A DNA stretch of 64,000 bases from Candidatus Levybacteria bacterium RIFCSPHIGHO2_02_FULL_40_18 (GCA_001782235.1 MFOC01000007.1:13094-77093); one strand, 5' to 3'; shown: positions 20,329-30,396, counted from the stretch's first letter. Numbers and translations: made by a program. The notes: generated by a model not told the origin, from the letters alone.

Positions 20329-20425
20329 ACTAATTTTTCTACCTCTATTTGACTGTTCACCACCAAACAGCCTAACAAGTATGCCTATATTGTTTTTAAA
20401 GCTCTCTAGGATTATAATGCCCAAA

Positions 20426-21667
20426 ATGCTTCTACATGATGTAGTAGTTGGTAAAAGGGACTTCCAGAAATTTCGAGGTGTGATAGAGAACGGCCTCTTC
20501 GACGACATTATTCGTCTTTCTAAAAAGCTTCGTAATAAACGCGTGTTATATATAAACTCTAATCAAAACAGAGGTGGTGTTTATGAACACCTCACGAGCC
20601 TGGTTCCACTACTTAGGGATTTACACATCAAGATAGATTGGAAAGCAATTACGGAAGTGCCTGCTGATTTTTATGAAGTTACGAAATTGCTTTATAATGG
20701 CATACAAGGTATTGAGCACAATTTTACATTAAAAGAATGGAAGATTTATGAAGATTTTAACAAAAGAATTGCCAAGGAAATAGAAGATGATCCCTGGGAT
20801 TTCGTTTTAGTCCAGGATCACCAAATGCTCGGCTCCTCAATGCAGATGAATAAAAAAAGCAGGATCAAATGGATTTGGCAATCACATTCGGAGACCCACA
20901 ACCCAACCAAAAGTCTAATTAAACAGCTCCAAAAATATTTGGAACCTTATGAAGGCATAATTTTTTATTTTCCGGAATACGTAATTCCCGGGCTTAATTC
21001 TCGTAGACTAACCACTTCATCAATCGCAATAGATCCTCTAAGTGCTAAAAATAAAACTATTAGTATAGACGAGGCAAAACAAGTTGTTAAACGGTTTGGA
21101 ATAGATTTAGGTCGACCTTTTATAACTCAGGTTTCCAGGATAGATTCTTGGAAAGATTTTCCAGGAGTTGTTGACGCCTGGCTACTTGCAAAGAAACAGA
21201 TTCCTCAACTTCAGTTAGTGTTAATTGGTGCAGTAAGTTTGAATAATATTCATGCTAAGGCAATTATCGAACTAATTGAAAAGAAAGCTATGGGAGAGAA
21301 GGATTTGCATTTGCTTGTAAATCAAGTAGAGAGGAAAGATATTAAAGCGTTTCAAACAGCAAGCAATATTGTGATACAAAAATCCCTCAGAGAGGGCTTC
21401 GGTCTAACTGTGTCTGAAGCTTTATGGTCGGGCACACCCGTCATTGGGGGTAATGTAGGCGGTATTAAACACCAAATTGTTAATGGCAAGTGTGGTTATC
21501 TTGTTGGAAGCATTGAGGAATGCTACAGACGCATTGTTGAATTAATACAAAACCCTAATAAAGCCCAAGAAATGGGCCAATTTGGCAGGGAATATATAAG
21601 GAAAAACTTTCTTTTACCAAGGCTCATGCGCGACGAACTTAAGCTAATGGTTGAGCTAATGAATTAG
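20426..21667 (+). CDS. GT4 glycosyltransferase, trehalose synthase TreT-like
   Basis: GGVYE, QVSRIDSWKD, QKSLREGFGLTVSEALW. Confidence 0.85.
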   Translation: MLLHDVVVGKRDFQKFRGVIENGLFDDIIRLSKKLRNKRVLYINSNQNRGGVYEHLTSLVPLLRDLHIKIDWKAITEVPADFYEVTKLLYNGIQGIEHNFTLKEWKIYEDFNKRIAKEIEDDPWDFVLVQDHQMLGSSMQMNKKSRIKWIWQSHSETHNPTKSLIKQLQKYLEPYEGIIFYFPEYVIPGLNSRRLTTSSIAIDPLSAKNKTISIDEAKQVVKRFGIDLGRPFITQVSRIDSWKDFPGVVDAWLLAKKQIPQLQLVLIGAVSLNNIHAKAIIELIEKKAMGEKDLHLLVNQVERKDIKAFQTASNIVIQKSLREGFGLTVSEALWSGTPVIGGNVGGIKHQIVNGKCGYLVGSIEECYRRIVELIQNPNKAQEMGQFGREYIRKNFLLPRLMRDELKLMVELMN

Positions 21668-21669
21668 CA

Positions 21670-22728
21670 TTATTGAAGTTTTGTTACTTTAGCAAGTAAC
21701 TTGTGTGGGTCAACCACTCTGGGACTGGCCTCGAATTCTTTAATGCGTGACATATCACAACTGACAGTGAGGCGTCTCTGCCAACGGTCAGTACCATCGT
21801 ATTTCGGATAATCTTCTTCACTGTAAGGTGCGCGGCCATGTAGTACTCGACGATTATCAAAGACGACAACTTCGCCGGCTTTTGCCCCCACAAGTACTCT
21901 CTGCCCGTTAACATGGTCCGTAAACTCATTCAGCGCATGTACTTGATCAGGTTCGTACGCTTCTAGATTGAGTCTACTCGTGTTCAGTCTAACCCATGGG
22001 TCGCTGTTTGGACCGTAAATTACCGAAACAGGCTTACCTAGATTATTTCTTGCTCCTCCTTGCATTGTGTTTGTTTGATTAAAAAACCATTTTTCTGATA
22101 AAAGGTTGCGTGTGGATGGAGAAATTTGGTCCCAATCCGGTATCGCAAGGATTGTTGGAACACGTTTGTCATTTCTGAAGAAATGTAATGTAAGAAAGTC
22201 TGGACTAATATCAAAACCTTCTCCTAGATTGAAAGAAGCATCTTCTACGTGTAGTCCGAGTTCATATCTTGCATTACCGCTATGACCGATTGCATCCGCG
22301 TATTCCTCAACAGGGATAATATTGTTGTGAATTACACCTTCTTGTTGAGTTGTGTAACCGTATCCGTACCAATCAACTAAAGAAACAAGTAATCCTCTGT
22401 AAATATCGGGGTCATAAATATTTTGATTTCCTTCATTTATCTTATATTCTGTTGGTGTAGGGCCAATATTCTTAACTGAATCAGGCCCCAAGTCAAAAAT
22501 AGCGACTTTTGCCCCGCCATGCGTAGACATTCCTTCTAGAAAATCTGTTACTTGACCTACTCTAGCTTTGAGAATTAATCCTCTTTGTCGGAGTTCGTCT
22601 AAAAACGTTGCTTCTGTGAATCGTGGAATACTTGCCCTTATGTCGTTGGCTTCGTTTTGTAAGGCGGATCGCTCGGGTTCATCAAGCTTTATCGAAACTA
22701 CACCGGGACGAAGTTCTGCTGATTGCAT
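21670..22728 (-). CDS. Fe(II)/2-oxoglutarate dioxygenase, clavaminate synthase/VioC-like
   Basis: HVED (HxE), PDFLTL, DNRRVLHGR, YDGTDRWQRR. Confidence 0.8.
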   Translation of the reverse strand: MQSAELRPGVVSIKLDEPERSALQNEANDIRASIPRFTEATFLDELRQRGLILKARVGQVTDFLEGMSTHGGAKVAIFDLGPDSVKNIGPTPTEYKINEGNQNIYDPDIYRGLLVSLVDWYGYGYTTQQEGVIHNNIIPVEEYADAIGHSGNARYELGLHVEDASFNLGEGFDISPDFLTLHFFRNDKRVPTILAIPDWDQISPSTRNLLSEKWFFNQTNTMQGGARNNLGKPVSVIYGPNSDPWVRLNTSRLNLEAYEPDQVHALNEFTDHVNGQRVLVGAKAGEVVVFDNRRVLHGRAPYSEEDYPKYDGTDRWQRRLTVSCDMSRIKEFEASPRVVDPHKLLAKVTKLQ

Positions 22729-22776
22729 GATTAGTAAATTTCCTTAGGCACATTCTAATTTTCGTGTCGCCATTTG

Positions 22777-24165
22777 TCAAGAGGAGCTTAGATTTTCCAC
22801 CTCTTTTTTGAATTGTTCTCCCCGCTCTTTGTAATTTTTAAACATATTAAAGCTAGCTGCGCCGGGAGACATAAGGCAAATTTTCCCCGGGTTTGTATGT
22901 TCATAAGCTGTCAGAACAGCTTCCTTCATTGAAGCTACATCAAACTTCTTTGGCCTCAAGCTTTCATTAGGTACCTCCACACATAACGACTCCCAAATCT
23001 TTTCTCCGGTTGCAGGAAATAGAATTAGTGTACGAATTTTCGAATCCGACAGATACTTTCCAAGTTCTCTATAATCAAGGTCACGATCATATCCACCGGC
23101 AATTAATGTTTCAACATCCTCCCCGAGCGCCTCAATCCCTTCTATTACGGCCTCGGGGATTGTTGCAAGTGAGTCATTATAGAATTTAATTCCATGATGC
23201 TCTCCCACAAACTCCAGTCTATGCTCAAGACCTTTGAAGTTTTTAAGAACAGTAATTATAGTCTGCGCGTGCGCTCCAGCAATGGTCGCGGCAAGAATTG
23301 CGGCGCAAACGTTCTCAAGATTATGCTTCCCGGCAAGAAGTACCTCTGATGTAGGCATAATTTGCTCTTCCCGTGTGCCAATTTTAAGCCAAATATAGCC
23401 ATCTCTTACAAAGCATCCTTGCTCAACTTGCTGTTCTCGGCTAACACAGTAAAGCTGCCCATGTGTATGGACATCACTCTCATTTGATGCAGGATAATCT
23501 TTATTGAGAATTGCAAAATCATCCGGTCCTTGATAGCGTAAGATGTTTCTTTTTGCTTCTATATACTCATTTATGTCACGGTGGTAATCCAAATGTTCGC
23601 TTGTAACCATCAAAAACACGGCAATTTGAGGGCTTTTATTCAAATCCTGTAATTGGAAGCTTGATAGTTCTAAAACTACCTTAGAATCGATTTTAAGGTC
23701 GTTTAGAAAATCTAAGGGCGGTTTTCCCACATTGCCACCTAAATACGCATCTATCCCCCCACTTTTAAGCATTTCGTAAATAAGAGTTGCAGTCGTACTT
23801 TTCCCCTTTGTGCCCGTAACACCAATAATTTTGCATGGGCACAAGTCAAAAAAGATTTTCGTGGAACTTGTTATCTCTTTTCCTTCAGATTTTGCCTTTT
23901 CTATCACGTTTGATGAGAGCCTAATTCCGGGAGAACGAACCACCAAATCAAAATTTTCAAATGTCCTAGGATATGAATCAAACATAAAAGAGACCCCCTT
24001 GTTCTCAAAATCGGAAATTTTCTCCTCCTCAAACTTGTCACGAGAACGAACATCTACAACAAACGCCTTTGCACCGTTCTCAAGCAGAAAATTCGTAGTG
24101 CTCTCCCCTTCCAAGCCAAACCCCAAAATAACTACGTTTTTATTCTTAAAGTCCTCTTTTTTCAT
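22777..24165 (-). CDS. murD: UDP-MurNAc-L-Ala:glutamate ligase (probably MurD2 type)
   Basis: GVTGTKGKSTT, ELSSFQL, HLDYH, NDSLAT, SPGAASF. Confidence 0.95.
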   Translation of the reverse strand: MKKEDFKNKNVVILGFGLEGESTTNFLLENGAKAFVVDVRSRDKFEEEKISDFENKGVSFMFDSYPRTFENFDLVVRSPGIRLSSNVIEKAKSEGKEITSSTKIFFDLCPCKIIGVTGTKGKSTTATLIYEMLKSGGIDAYLGGNVGKPPLDFLNDLKIDSKVVLELSSFQLQDLNKSPQIAVFLMVTSEHLDYHRDINEYIEAKRNILRYQGPDDFAILNKDYPASNESDVHTHGQLYCVSREQQVEQGCFVRDGYIWLKIGTREEQIMPTSEVLLAGKHNLENVCAAILAATIAGAHAQTIITVLKNFKGLEHRLEFVGEHHGIKFYNDSLATIPEAVIEGIEALGEDVETLIAGGYDRDLDYRELGKYLSDSKIRTLILFPATGEKIWESLCVEVPNESLRPKKFDVASMKEAVLTAYEHTNPGKICLMSPGAASFNMFKNYKERGEQFKKEVENLSSS

Positions 24166-25481
24166 TATGGAATAATTGATTTGAATTCATCCGGAATTTT
24201 ATCTTCTGATGACGGCCCGAGCAATTGCTCCGAACTCTTTTCAATTACTTGAAATTCTTGATTAAACTTCTCATAAAACATTTTAAAGACCGGAGTTTCA
24301 TTGTAAGAACCCTTTTTATAGGCAAGGAGTAAGGCAAGTTTTACCTCTTCAGGGGTTCCTACACAGTCAAACGGCTTAACATCTCTTACTCCAAGAAGTT
24401 CTTCGTAAGTTGGAATTAGGCTTTCGGACTCATAAAGATTCTTACCAAATATGCTTATTAGCTTATCCTTATCTATAAAGGCTGAAAGTAGACAAAAGAC
24501 AAAAGCACACTTTGGGCACTCTCCGCACCAAAGAATATTCGAAGGGTCTTTGAACCTGAAGTTTTTATTACAACTTGTGAAGACGTGGAAGTATTTATTA
24601 AATCTTGCAAACACTTCAGCTATCTTAATCTCGTGGTACGGACGAAGTAGTGAAAAATAAATAATGTCCGGGGTAATAAATCCAGAGATGTAATGCCGGA
24701 CAAAAGCTTCAAACTCCTCAGACTTACTCCACTGATGATTAATCTCTTCCCCCAAGTATTCAACATTACCGTAATTTGCGCTCTTCTCATTTGGCATAAT
24801 AATATATTTATAGTCAAAAAGTGCTGCTGCGAGAAGCCCTGTGAAAGCATATATAGAAGAAATCGGTATATGCCCGTTATACACATCTTCCCGTTTATGC
24901 AGCGCAAAAATCTGTGGATCAAGTTCTCGCCTGATATTTATATTCTCAATTCCCATGATTTGTGCTATTTGTCTGTGAACCTGTGTGGGATTAAGAACAA
25001 AGCCGCTGAATTCGCGGCCGTTTGACTTGAGAAGTTCACCCGCAACAGCTGAATCTTTTCCTCCACCCACACCAAGTAAGGACCTATTTTCCCTTGGCAA
25101 GGAGATCGGAGCGTCAAGGTTATCTTGATACGGAAAATTTATAAGCCTTCTATAGTTGATTTTATTTTTATAAAAAAACTCGCCTAGACCCTTTGCATAA
25201 ACGGTGTTCCAAAAATTGGCTTGATTTTGTGAAAGAGAAATTTTTGGCGTCAAAATTTCTTTCGGACAAAATAGCTTCCAATAACTTACCCCCAAGGCCA
25301 AGTGGAGACTGTCAAGGATTTTTTTGATAACGTCCGGATCGAAACCCGAAACGGGGTCGAAGGTTATTTTCTCGGTGAATTTAAATTCCTCCCAGCCGCG
25401 TTTTATTGTATAGAAAAAATTGACATACCCCTGCTCTATTTGAGCATCGTATCCCGCAAAGATAAACTCTCCACCCTGCAT
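24165..25481 (-). CDS. murL: UDP-MurNAc-L-Ala-L-Glu epimerase
   Basis: GGGKDS PP-loop, NGHIP, NHQWSKS, WCGECPKC, KPFDCVG; translationally coupled to murD. Confidence 0.85.
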   Translation of the reverse strand: MQGGEFIFAGYDAQIEQGYVNFFYTIKRGWEEFKFTEKITFDPVSGFDPDVIKKILDSLHLALGVSYWKLFCPKEILTPKISLSQNQANFWNTVYAKGLGEFFYKNKINYRRLINFPYQDNLDAPISLPRENRSLLGVGGGKDSAVAGELLKSNGREFSGFVLNPTQVHRQIAQIMGIENINIRRELDPQIFALHKREDVYNGHIPISSIYAFTGLLAAALFDYKYIIMPNEKSANYGNVEYLGEEINHQWSKSEEFEAFVRHYISGFITPDIIYFSLLRPYHEIKIAEVFARFNKYFHVFTSCNKNFRFKDPSNILWCGECPKCAFVFCLLSAFIDKDKLISIFGKNLYESESLIPTYEELLGVRDVKPFDCVGTPEEVKLALLLAYKKGSYNETPVFKMFYEKFNQEFQVIEKSSEQLLGPSSEDKIPDEFKSIIP

Positions 25482-25543
25482 TGGTATATTATATACTTTT
25501 TTATTTCTTTCTAGCTTTATTTTATGGTAAAATTAGGCCCATT

Positions 25544-25615
25544 GGCTGGGTAGCTCAATGGTGGAGCGGTCGTTTCATAAGCGACAGGTTGTCGGTTCGA
25601 TCCCGACCCCAGCTA
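25544..25615 (+). tRNA. tRNA with CAT anticodon (probably elongator Met)
   Basis: Cloverleaf, anticodon loop TTCATAA, GGTTCGATCC. Confidence 0.9.
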
Positions 25616-25669
25616 CAGACTTGACAATCACGATTCTTTTTATATAAACTATCAAAGAATTTATCTTCC

Positions 25670-26044
25670 ATGGAAACTCTACTTACCGGCATTGCAAGCT
25701 TTACGCTTTTCCATATTATTTCTCACCCCAAATCACGCGTAAGTAAAAAGGTCCCATATGCTCGAATTAAAAGAGTGCAATTCCTGCCGAATTTAAGAAT
25801 AGAAGTAAAAAATAGAGTTCTTCACATCCATCACTGGATGTTATTTGCTCCTGTTTACCTTTTCACTCAAACGAAAGGCGCAGGCATTTTTCAGTCGGAT
25901 CTCCTGCAAGGCTTTTTAATAGGGGGGATTCTTCAGGGATTAATGTATAAAGACAGTTTAAAACTTATTCATTCGGCAGCAAAACCATTTGAAAAACAGG
26001 GTTATACCGCTTATCCCATCCGCCTCTTCAAAAAAATCTTCTAA
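25670..26044 (+). CDS. hypothetical membrane protein
   Basis: 124-aa ORF with HIHHW and hydrophobic segments. Confidence 0.75.
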   Translation: METLLTGIASFTLFHIISHPKSRVSKKVPYARIKRVQFLPNLRIEVKNRVLHIHHWMLFAPVYLFTQTKGAGIFQSDLLQGFLIGGILQGLMYKDSLKLIHSAAKPFEKQGYTAYPIRLFKKIF

Positions 26045-26124
26045 AAAGCATGCACTGAGCGAGTTAAACGCGTTGAAGTGATTGCTTCAAGCCTTGAAAT
26101 AAACTAAAATACACATACTGTCTT

Positions 26125-26200
26125 GTGCCCGTAGTTCAACGGATAGAACACCTGGTTGCGGTCCAGGCGGTTGGAGGTTCGATTCCTCTCGGGCACGCCA
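26125..26200 (+). tRNA. tRNA-Arg(GCG)
   Basis: CCTGG-TTGCGGT-CCAGG anticodon arm, encoded CCA. Confidence 0.92.
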
Positions 26201-26285
26201 GGAGGGTTCGCATAGAGGCCAATTGCGCGAGTTTCGAAAACTCGAGGGAGCAATCCCTTCACAGGTTCGAATCCTGTACCCTCCG
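26201..26285 (+). tRNA. tRNA-Ser(CGA)
   Basis: CGAGT-TTCGAAA-ACTCG, long variable arm, G73. Confidence 0.92.
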
Positions 26286-26449
26286 CAGGTCAGAACGATA
26301 TTTAAGAAATAGCTAATCCTATTAGCTTTAACAAGCTAACTTTTCTTTTAATCAGAAGTTCCAACGGGTTTAGCTATTCCTAAGGACATTTTTTTAAAGT
26401 TTTACAATTTTGTGCCTAATTGGTGATTTTAAACAGGTTCCAACCGAGA

Positions 26450-26926
26450 CTAACCTTGTTTAGGAGCTTGCTCAAATGCGGGTTTGTTTGGAGTAAAAGG
26501 CATCGTTCCTTCTTTGGAAATGTACGCATCATATCCGCCTTTAATTAGCAGGTCATGTTGTTGACCAACGCAAATGGCATCATATGCACCACAGACTATT
26601 ATTGGTCTTCCTTCCGGGACATTGGCTCTTTCAAAAGGGCCCGCAGTAGTGTAATCGAAGTTATGTTCTATAAAGTCTAATTCTTTGAGTAATCTTTGAC
26701 GGGTTTCCTCATCTCTTTCTTGATTGTTTTCTATTTCGCTTTTATGAACAACTACATAAAATGGTGATTTGTCTTTAACATGACCCTCTTCATCCAAAAA
26801 CTCCTGATAAGACTTTACTAGTGGATTCTTTATTCGTTCTTTGGCTTTTTCTTCAAACTCTAATCTTTTTTTATGTTCAGCATCAGCTTCGTCAAAAAGT
26901 TTGTCAATGTCAATATCTTCGCTCAT
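26450..26926 (-). CDS. hypothetical protein
   Basis: 158-aa ORF preceded by TATAAT; flanked by AGGTTCCAAC direct repeats. Confidence 0.75.
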   Translation of the reverse strand: MSEDIDIDKLFDEADAEHKKRLEFEEKAKERIKNPLVKSYQEFLDEEGHVKDKSPFYVVVHKSEIENNQERDEETRQRLLKELDFIEHNFDYTTAGPFERANVPEGRPIIVCGAYDAICVGQQHDLLIKGGYDAYISKEGTMPFTPNKPAFEQAPKQG

Positions 26927-27007
26927 GTTTATATTATATAATACACATTGGGTCTTGTTGCTTGGGATTTGTAAAAGGTTCCAACATAGTCAACTAGGCA
27001 CCGCACG

Positions 27008-27079
27008 GCCCTTGTAGTTCAACGGATAGAATAGGGGATTCCGGATCCTCTGATGTGGGTTCGATTCCCGCCAGGGGCA
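27008..27079 (+). tRNA. tRNA-Arg(CCG)
   Basis: GGGGA-TTCCGGA-TCCTC anticodon arm, GGTTCGATTCC. Confidence 0.92.
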
Positions 27080-27089
27080 CCTTAATTTT

Positions 27090-27524
27090 ATGAAATTTGA
27101 GTTTTCAGCAGGAGGCGTTGTTTACAAAAAAGAGGATTCCAAAATTTATATTTTGGTTTCCCAGCATTCCCAGCATTTGGGCTGGGTTTTCCCAAAAGGA
27201 TTGATAGGTGACCATGTTAAAGAAGAAAAAAAGGAAGAAACTGCTGTCCGGGAAGTAAAAGAAGAAACGGGAGCAGAAGCGGAAATTATGGGTGAAATCA
27301 CACCAGTTACTTATTGGTATGCGTGGGAAGGGGAAAAGCGCAAGAAAACCGTCTATTATTTTGTTATGAAATTTACTGGCGGAGATATAACAGAACACGA
27401 CCATGAAATGTCTGCTGTTGAATGGCTCCCAGAAAACAAAGTTATGGAACGTCTAAGCTACAAAAGTGATAAGGATGCTTTTCTTGAGGCACTTCCTCTC
27501 ATCAAAAAGCTCGCAAAATCCTAA
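27090..27524 (+). CDS. NUDIX hydrolase
   Basis: FPKG...ETAVREVKEETG. Confidence 0.92.
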   Translation: MKFEFSAGGVVYKKEDSKIYILVSQHSQHLGWVFPKGLIGDHVKEEKKEETAVREVKEETGAEAEIMGEITPVTYWYAWEGEKRKKTVYYFVMKFTGGDITEHDHEMSAVEWLPENKVMERLSYKSDKDAFLEALPLIKKLAKS

Positions 27525-27575
27525 CTCTTATTTTATAATTCACATACGAGCCTTATTGAAAAATGGGGAAAACCA

Positions 27576-27665
27576 GGTGGGATGTCCGAGTGGTTTAAGG
27601 AGCACGCTTGGAGAGCGTGTATGGCCGTAAGGTTATCCCGGGTTCGAATCCCGGTCCCACCGCCA
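27576..27665 (+). tRNA. tRNA-Ser(GGA)
   Basis: CACGC-TTGGAGA-GCGTG, long variable arm, encoded CCA. Confidence 0.95.
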
Positions 27666-27666
27666 A

Positions 27667-28224
27667 TTAGGTCTTTTCAAGGGGAAAGTTGTGTGAAAGC
27701 CACTCTGCAGATTTTTCCATAAAAGTTGGGTGGACATATTCACGATATGGAAGATAGCGAACTAAAATCTTTCGAACGTGTTCACGGGGAATATCTCCTA
27801 ACGAAATCTTAAGTTCCCCAGGTAAAAACGCTTGCGTTCTCACTATCAAGACGTCCGTTCTGTCTATAAATTTAAAGTAGAAATCATAAAGCTCTGACCA
27901 TATATAAAAATAGTCTTCTACTTTAATTCCTTCGGTTGTAATTTTGTAATGGAAATTGTGCGGCGGCACACTCGATAGTACTAGTGAAAGAAAAGTCAGC
28001 GCAACAAGAACTAGCATGAGTTCATATTGACTGAATAAGAATAAAATTACTTCAAAAAGACCCAGAAGCAGAATAACGGACAGATAAAATTGCCTTCCCT
28101 TTTTTGTAAATGGACGGCCGGGCGCACTCCAGGAGAGAAGAGTCTTTACATCAAAATCGTGCTCCGTATGTTCTGAAGGTTTATGTTGCGGTTGATGTTG
28201 ATCTTGATCAGGCGCGGCCTCCAT
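27667..28224 (-). CDS. CPR-type two-TM hypothetical protein
   Basis: WSAPGRPF, two TMs, beta-rich C-terminus. Confidence 0.8.
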   Translation of the reverse strand: MEAAPDQDQHQPQHKPSEHTEHDFDVKTLLSWSAPGRPFTKKGRQFYLSVILLLGLFEVILFLFSQYELMLVLVALTFLSLVLSSVPPHNFHYKITTEGIKVEDYFYIWSELYDFYFKFIDRTDVLIVRTQAFLPGELKISLGDIPREHVRKILVRYLPYREYVHPTFMEKSAEWLSHNFPLEKT

Positions 28225-28295
28225 ACTCTAATAATGCACCAAAACGACCACAGAATCAAGTGGTTCGAAAACTCTGGCCCGCCGAGTGTTCTGGA

Positions 28296-29168
28296 TTATA
28301 GTTCGAGGAGGTTAGTACTCTCGCCCTTTTTGGAGTCTTTGATATACTGCAGGTATCGCTCGGTTGAGGAAAGTCTTTTGTGTCCCAATACCTTTGACAG
28401 GAAAACCATAGAAATCCCATGTTTCAGATGGTGGGCGACAAAAGTATGCCTAAGATCATTTATCTTCGCACTCTCAATTCCTGCTCTCTTAAAATACCGC
28501 TCAATTGCGTCTCTAATATTTCTTACCAAGAAGGGCCTGCCGGTTTTTGTAACAAAAAAGTGGTCATTTGCGCTTTGAGGCCTTGCGGACAAATATCTTT
28601 TTAGCGCATCTTTTGCTCGTTTATTTAACGGTACTGTTCTTTGGGGGTGGCCTTCATAAGGCCGGACCGTAAGAACGCTATCTGAGACATCTTCCACCCT
28701 AATATTTGCTAGTTCTCCAATTCTAATGCCTGTTTGAAGCAGAACCTCGACAATCGCGTAAATTCTTGGATCTCCTGAGGCAGCATCTCTTAATGCCCTA
28801 TATTCAAGGGGGGACAAAATCCTGGGAGGATTTAACTCATATTTTGGATGTTTGACCAGAAGCGAGGGATCGTCTGTAATGTATTCACTGACCTTCAGGA
28901 ACCTATAGAAGGTTCTTGTAGAGTTAAGTTTTCTTGAAACAGACTTTGGTGTATATCCCCGGGACTCCATTGAGGCAAGAAAGGCCGCAATATCATCGCT
29001 TGTCACCTCATGAATGTGCTCACGTTTTAATTCCTCAAGAAATGATATAAGTTGGTCAATATCTTTACCGTATGCTAAGATAGTGGCAGAGGCCTTATTT
29101 TTGGACCTAAGAAAGCCCTCAAATTTTGCCTTTGCTTCTCTTATTTTTATGGGATTCATAAAATTCAA
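28296..29168 (-). CDS. XerC/XerD-like tyrosine recombinase
   Basis: TGIRIGE, DLRHTF, LGH, TERY. Confidence 0.9.
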   Translation of the reverse strand: MNFMNPIKIREAKAKFEGFLRSKNKASATILAYGKDIDQLISFLEELKREHIHEVTSDDIAAFLASMESRGYTPKSVSRKLNSTRTFYRFLKVSEYITDDPSLLVKHPKYELNPPRILSPLEYRALRDAASGDPRIYAIVEVLLQTGIRIGELANIRVEDVSDSVLTVRPYEGHPQRTVPLNKRAKDALKRYLSARPQSANDHFFVTKTGRPFLVRNIRDAIERYFKRAGIESAKINDLRHTFVAHHLKHGISMVFLSKVLGHKRLSSTERYLQYIKDSKKGESTNLLEL

Positions 29169-29245
29169 TAAAGCCTATAATATCAACAGGAAGTATATTT
29201 GTCAATCCCGAGTATTAACCGGGGATTGACCCTTCCACTTTCACA

Positions 29246-29581
29246 ATGAAAAAAATCCTGCCCGTAATTGCTATTATTATTTTGCTGATTGTTATTAAAA
29301 ATAACATATCCGGAATTTTTAAAACGCTTGAAGATGAAAATACTGCCGGAAATCTTAAAGAGAAACTGAGCGAGGAACAAAGGGAAAACCTGTTTTTGAA
29401 AGAACGGCTGTTTTACGTTAAAACAAATCAATTTGTTGAGGAAGAAGCTCGGGAGAAGCTTTTGATGAATAGGCCTGGAGAATATGTGGTGATTGCACCT
29501 ACTTCTGCCCCGCTCAACCGCGAAAAAATCGAAGTTGAAACCCGCCCCAACTGGCAAAAATGGTTCGAACTATTTTTCTAA
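29246..29581 (+). CDS. septum formation initiator (FtsB/DivIC-like)
   Basis: TM, coiled coil, EEEAREKL...PGE. Confidence 0.8.
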   Translation: MKKILPVIAIIILLIVIKNNISGIFKTLEDENTAGNLKEKLSEEQRENLFLKERLFYVKTNQFVEEEAREKLLMNRPGEYVVIAPTSAPLNREKIEVETRPNWQKWFELFF

Positions 29582-30007
29582 TTTATCTCTATATAGCCTT
29601 ACGAATTCGGGCCACTGAGAATGCATCGGCGAAGGCAACATCTTAAACGTAAACCATCCTAGTCTTTCATGCCTCTTAGGGTCTCCATTCTTTACCTTTT
29701 TTGGATCAATTCGAACCTTGTAATCAAATGCTATCCAGTGTGTTTTTCTTCCTTTTTCATCCTTTCGATGAACATCACGAAATCCTAAAAATTCAGCTTC
29801 GATAATATCAGTACAATACTCTTCCCGAATCTCCCGTGCAAGTGTTTTGAGAATTGGCTCTCCAAAATTCACTCCCCCACCCCCAGGATCCCATTTTCCA
29901 TGCTCATCCCGAGCCTTATTTGTTCGCTTTGCAAGAAGAAAATTACCATCCCCATCATGGCAAAAGAATACAACTCCAACCCCAACATGATCCACACCTT
30001 TTCTCAC
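29570..30007 (-). CDS. NUDIX hydrolase
   Basis: GGGVNFGE...LAREIREE. Confidence 0.88.
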   Translation of the reverse strand: MRKGVDHVGVGVVFFCHDGDGNFLLAKRTNKARDEHGKWDPGGGGVNFGEPILKTLAREIREEYCTDIIEAEFLGFRDVHRKDEKGRKTHWIAFDYKVRIDPKKVKNGDPKRHERLGWFTFKMLPSPMHSQWPEFVRLYRDKLEK

Positions 30008-30102
30008 AAGTCCGATTATAGCAAATGTGTTGCCTGCCCTGAAGAATTTGAAGGGCGGAGATTGGAGGAAATTAGAAAGAATTTCCTGAAGAAAATTTGA
30101 GG

Positions 30103-30357
30103 CTAAATTTTGAGTTTTAAAATTTTTATTTTCTTTTCTCTACTCCAGCCTTTGATTCGACTTTCCCGTTTTAAAGCAGCGGATTTTGATTCGAGTCGTT
30201 CGGTATAGACTAGTTTAATTGGCTTATGCGAGCGTGTGTATCTACCACCTTTGCCATTCTTATGATCTTTGAACCGTGCTTGCGGATTATTCGACGACCC
30301 AGTATAAAGACTGTCATCAGAACATAAAAGAATGTATACAAACCACATCTCTTTCAA
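30103..30357 (-). CDS. GIY-YIG nuclease (YhbQ-like)
   Basis: FVYIL, LYTG, RFKDH, ALKRE. Confidence 0.92.
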   Translation of the reverse strand: MKEMWFVYILLCSDDSLYTGSSNNPQARFKDHKNGKGGRYTRSHKPIKLVYTERLESKSAALKRESRIKGWSREKKIKILKLKI

Positions 30358-30396
30358 TTGTAACTCGAAAGTGGTATAATTTTTGAACGTAAAACG

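Noticed and set aside
20177..20330. T-box riboswitch for trpS
   Set aside because: No GGUGGNACCGCG T-box sequence and the leader is too short; a leader-peptide attenuator fits better.
26125..26316. 63-aa ORF in the track
   Set aside because: It lies over two tRNA genes.
28296..29168. Tyrosine recombinase as the integrase of a prophage or of the adjacent element
   Set aside because: It is Xer-sized, sits among housekeeping genes outside the att repeats, and no phage structural genes are present.
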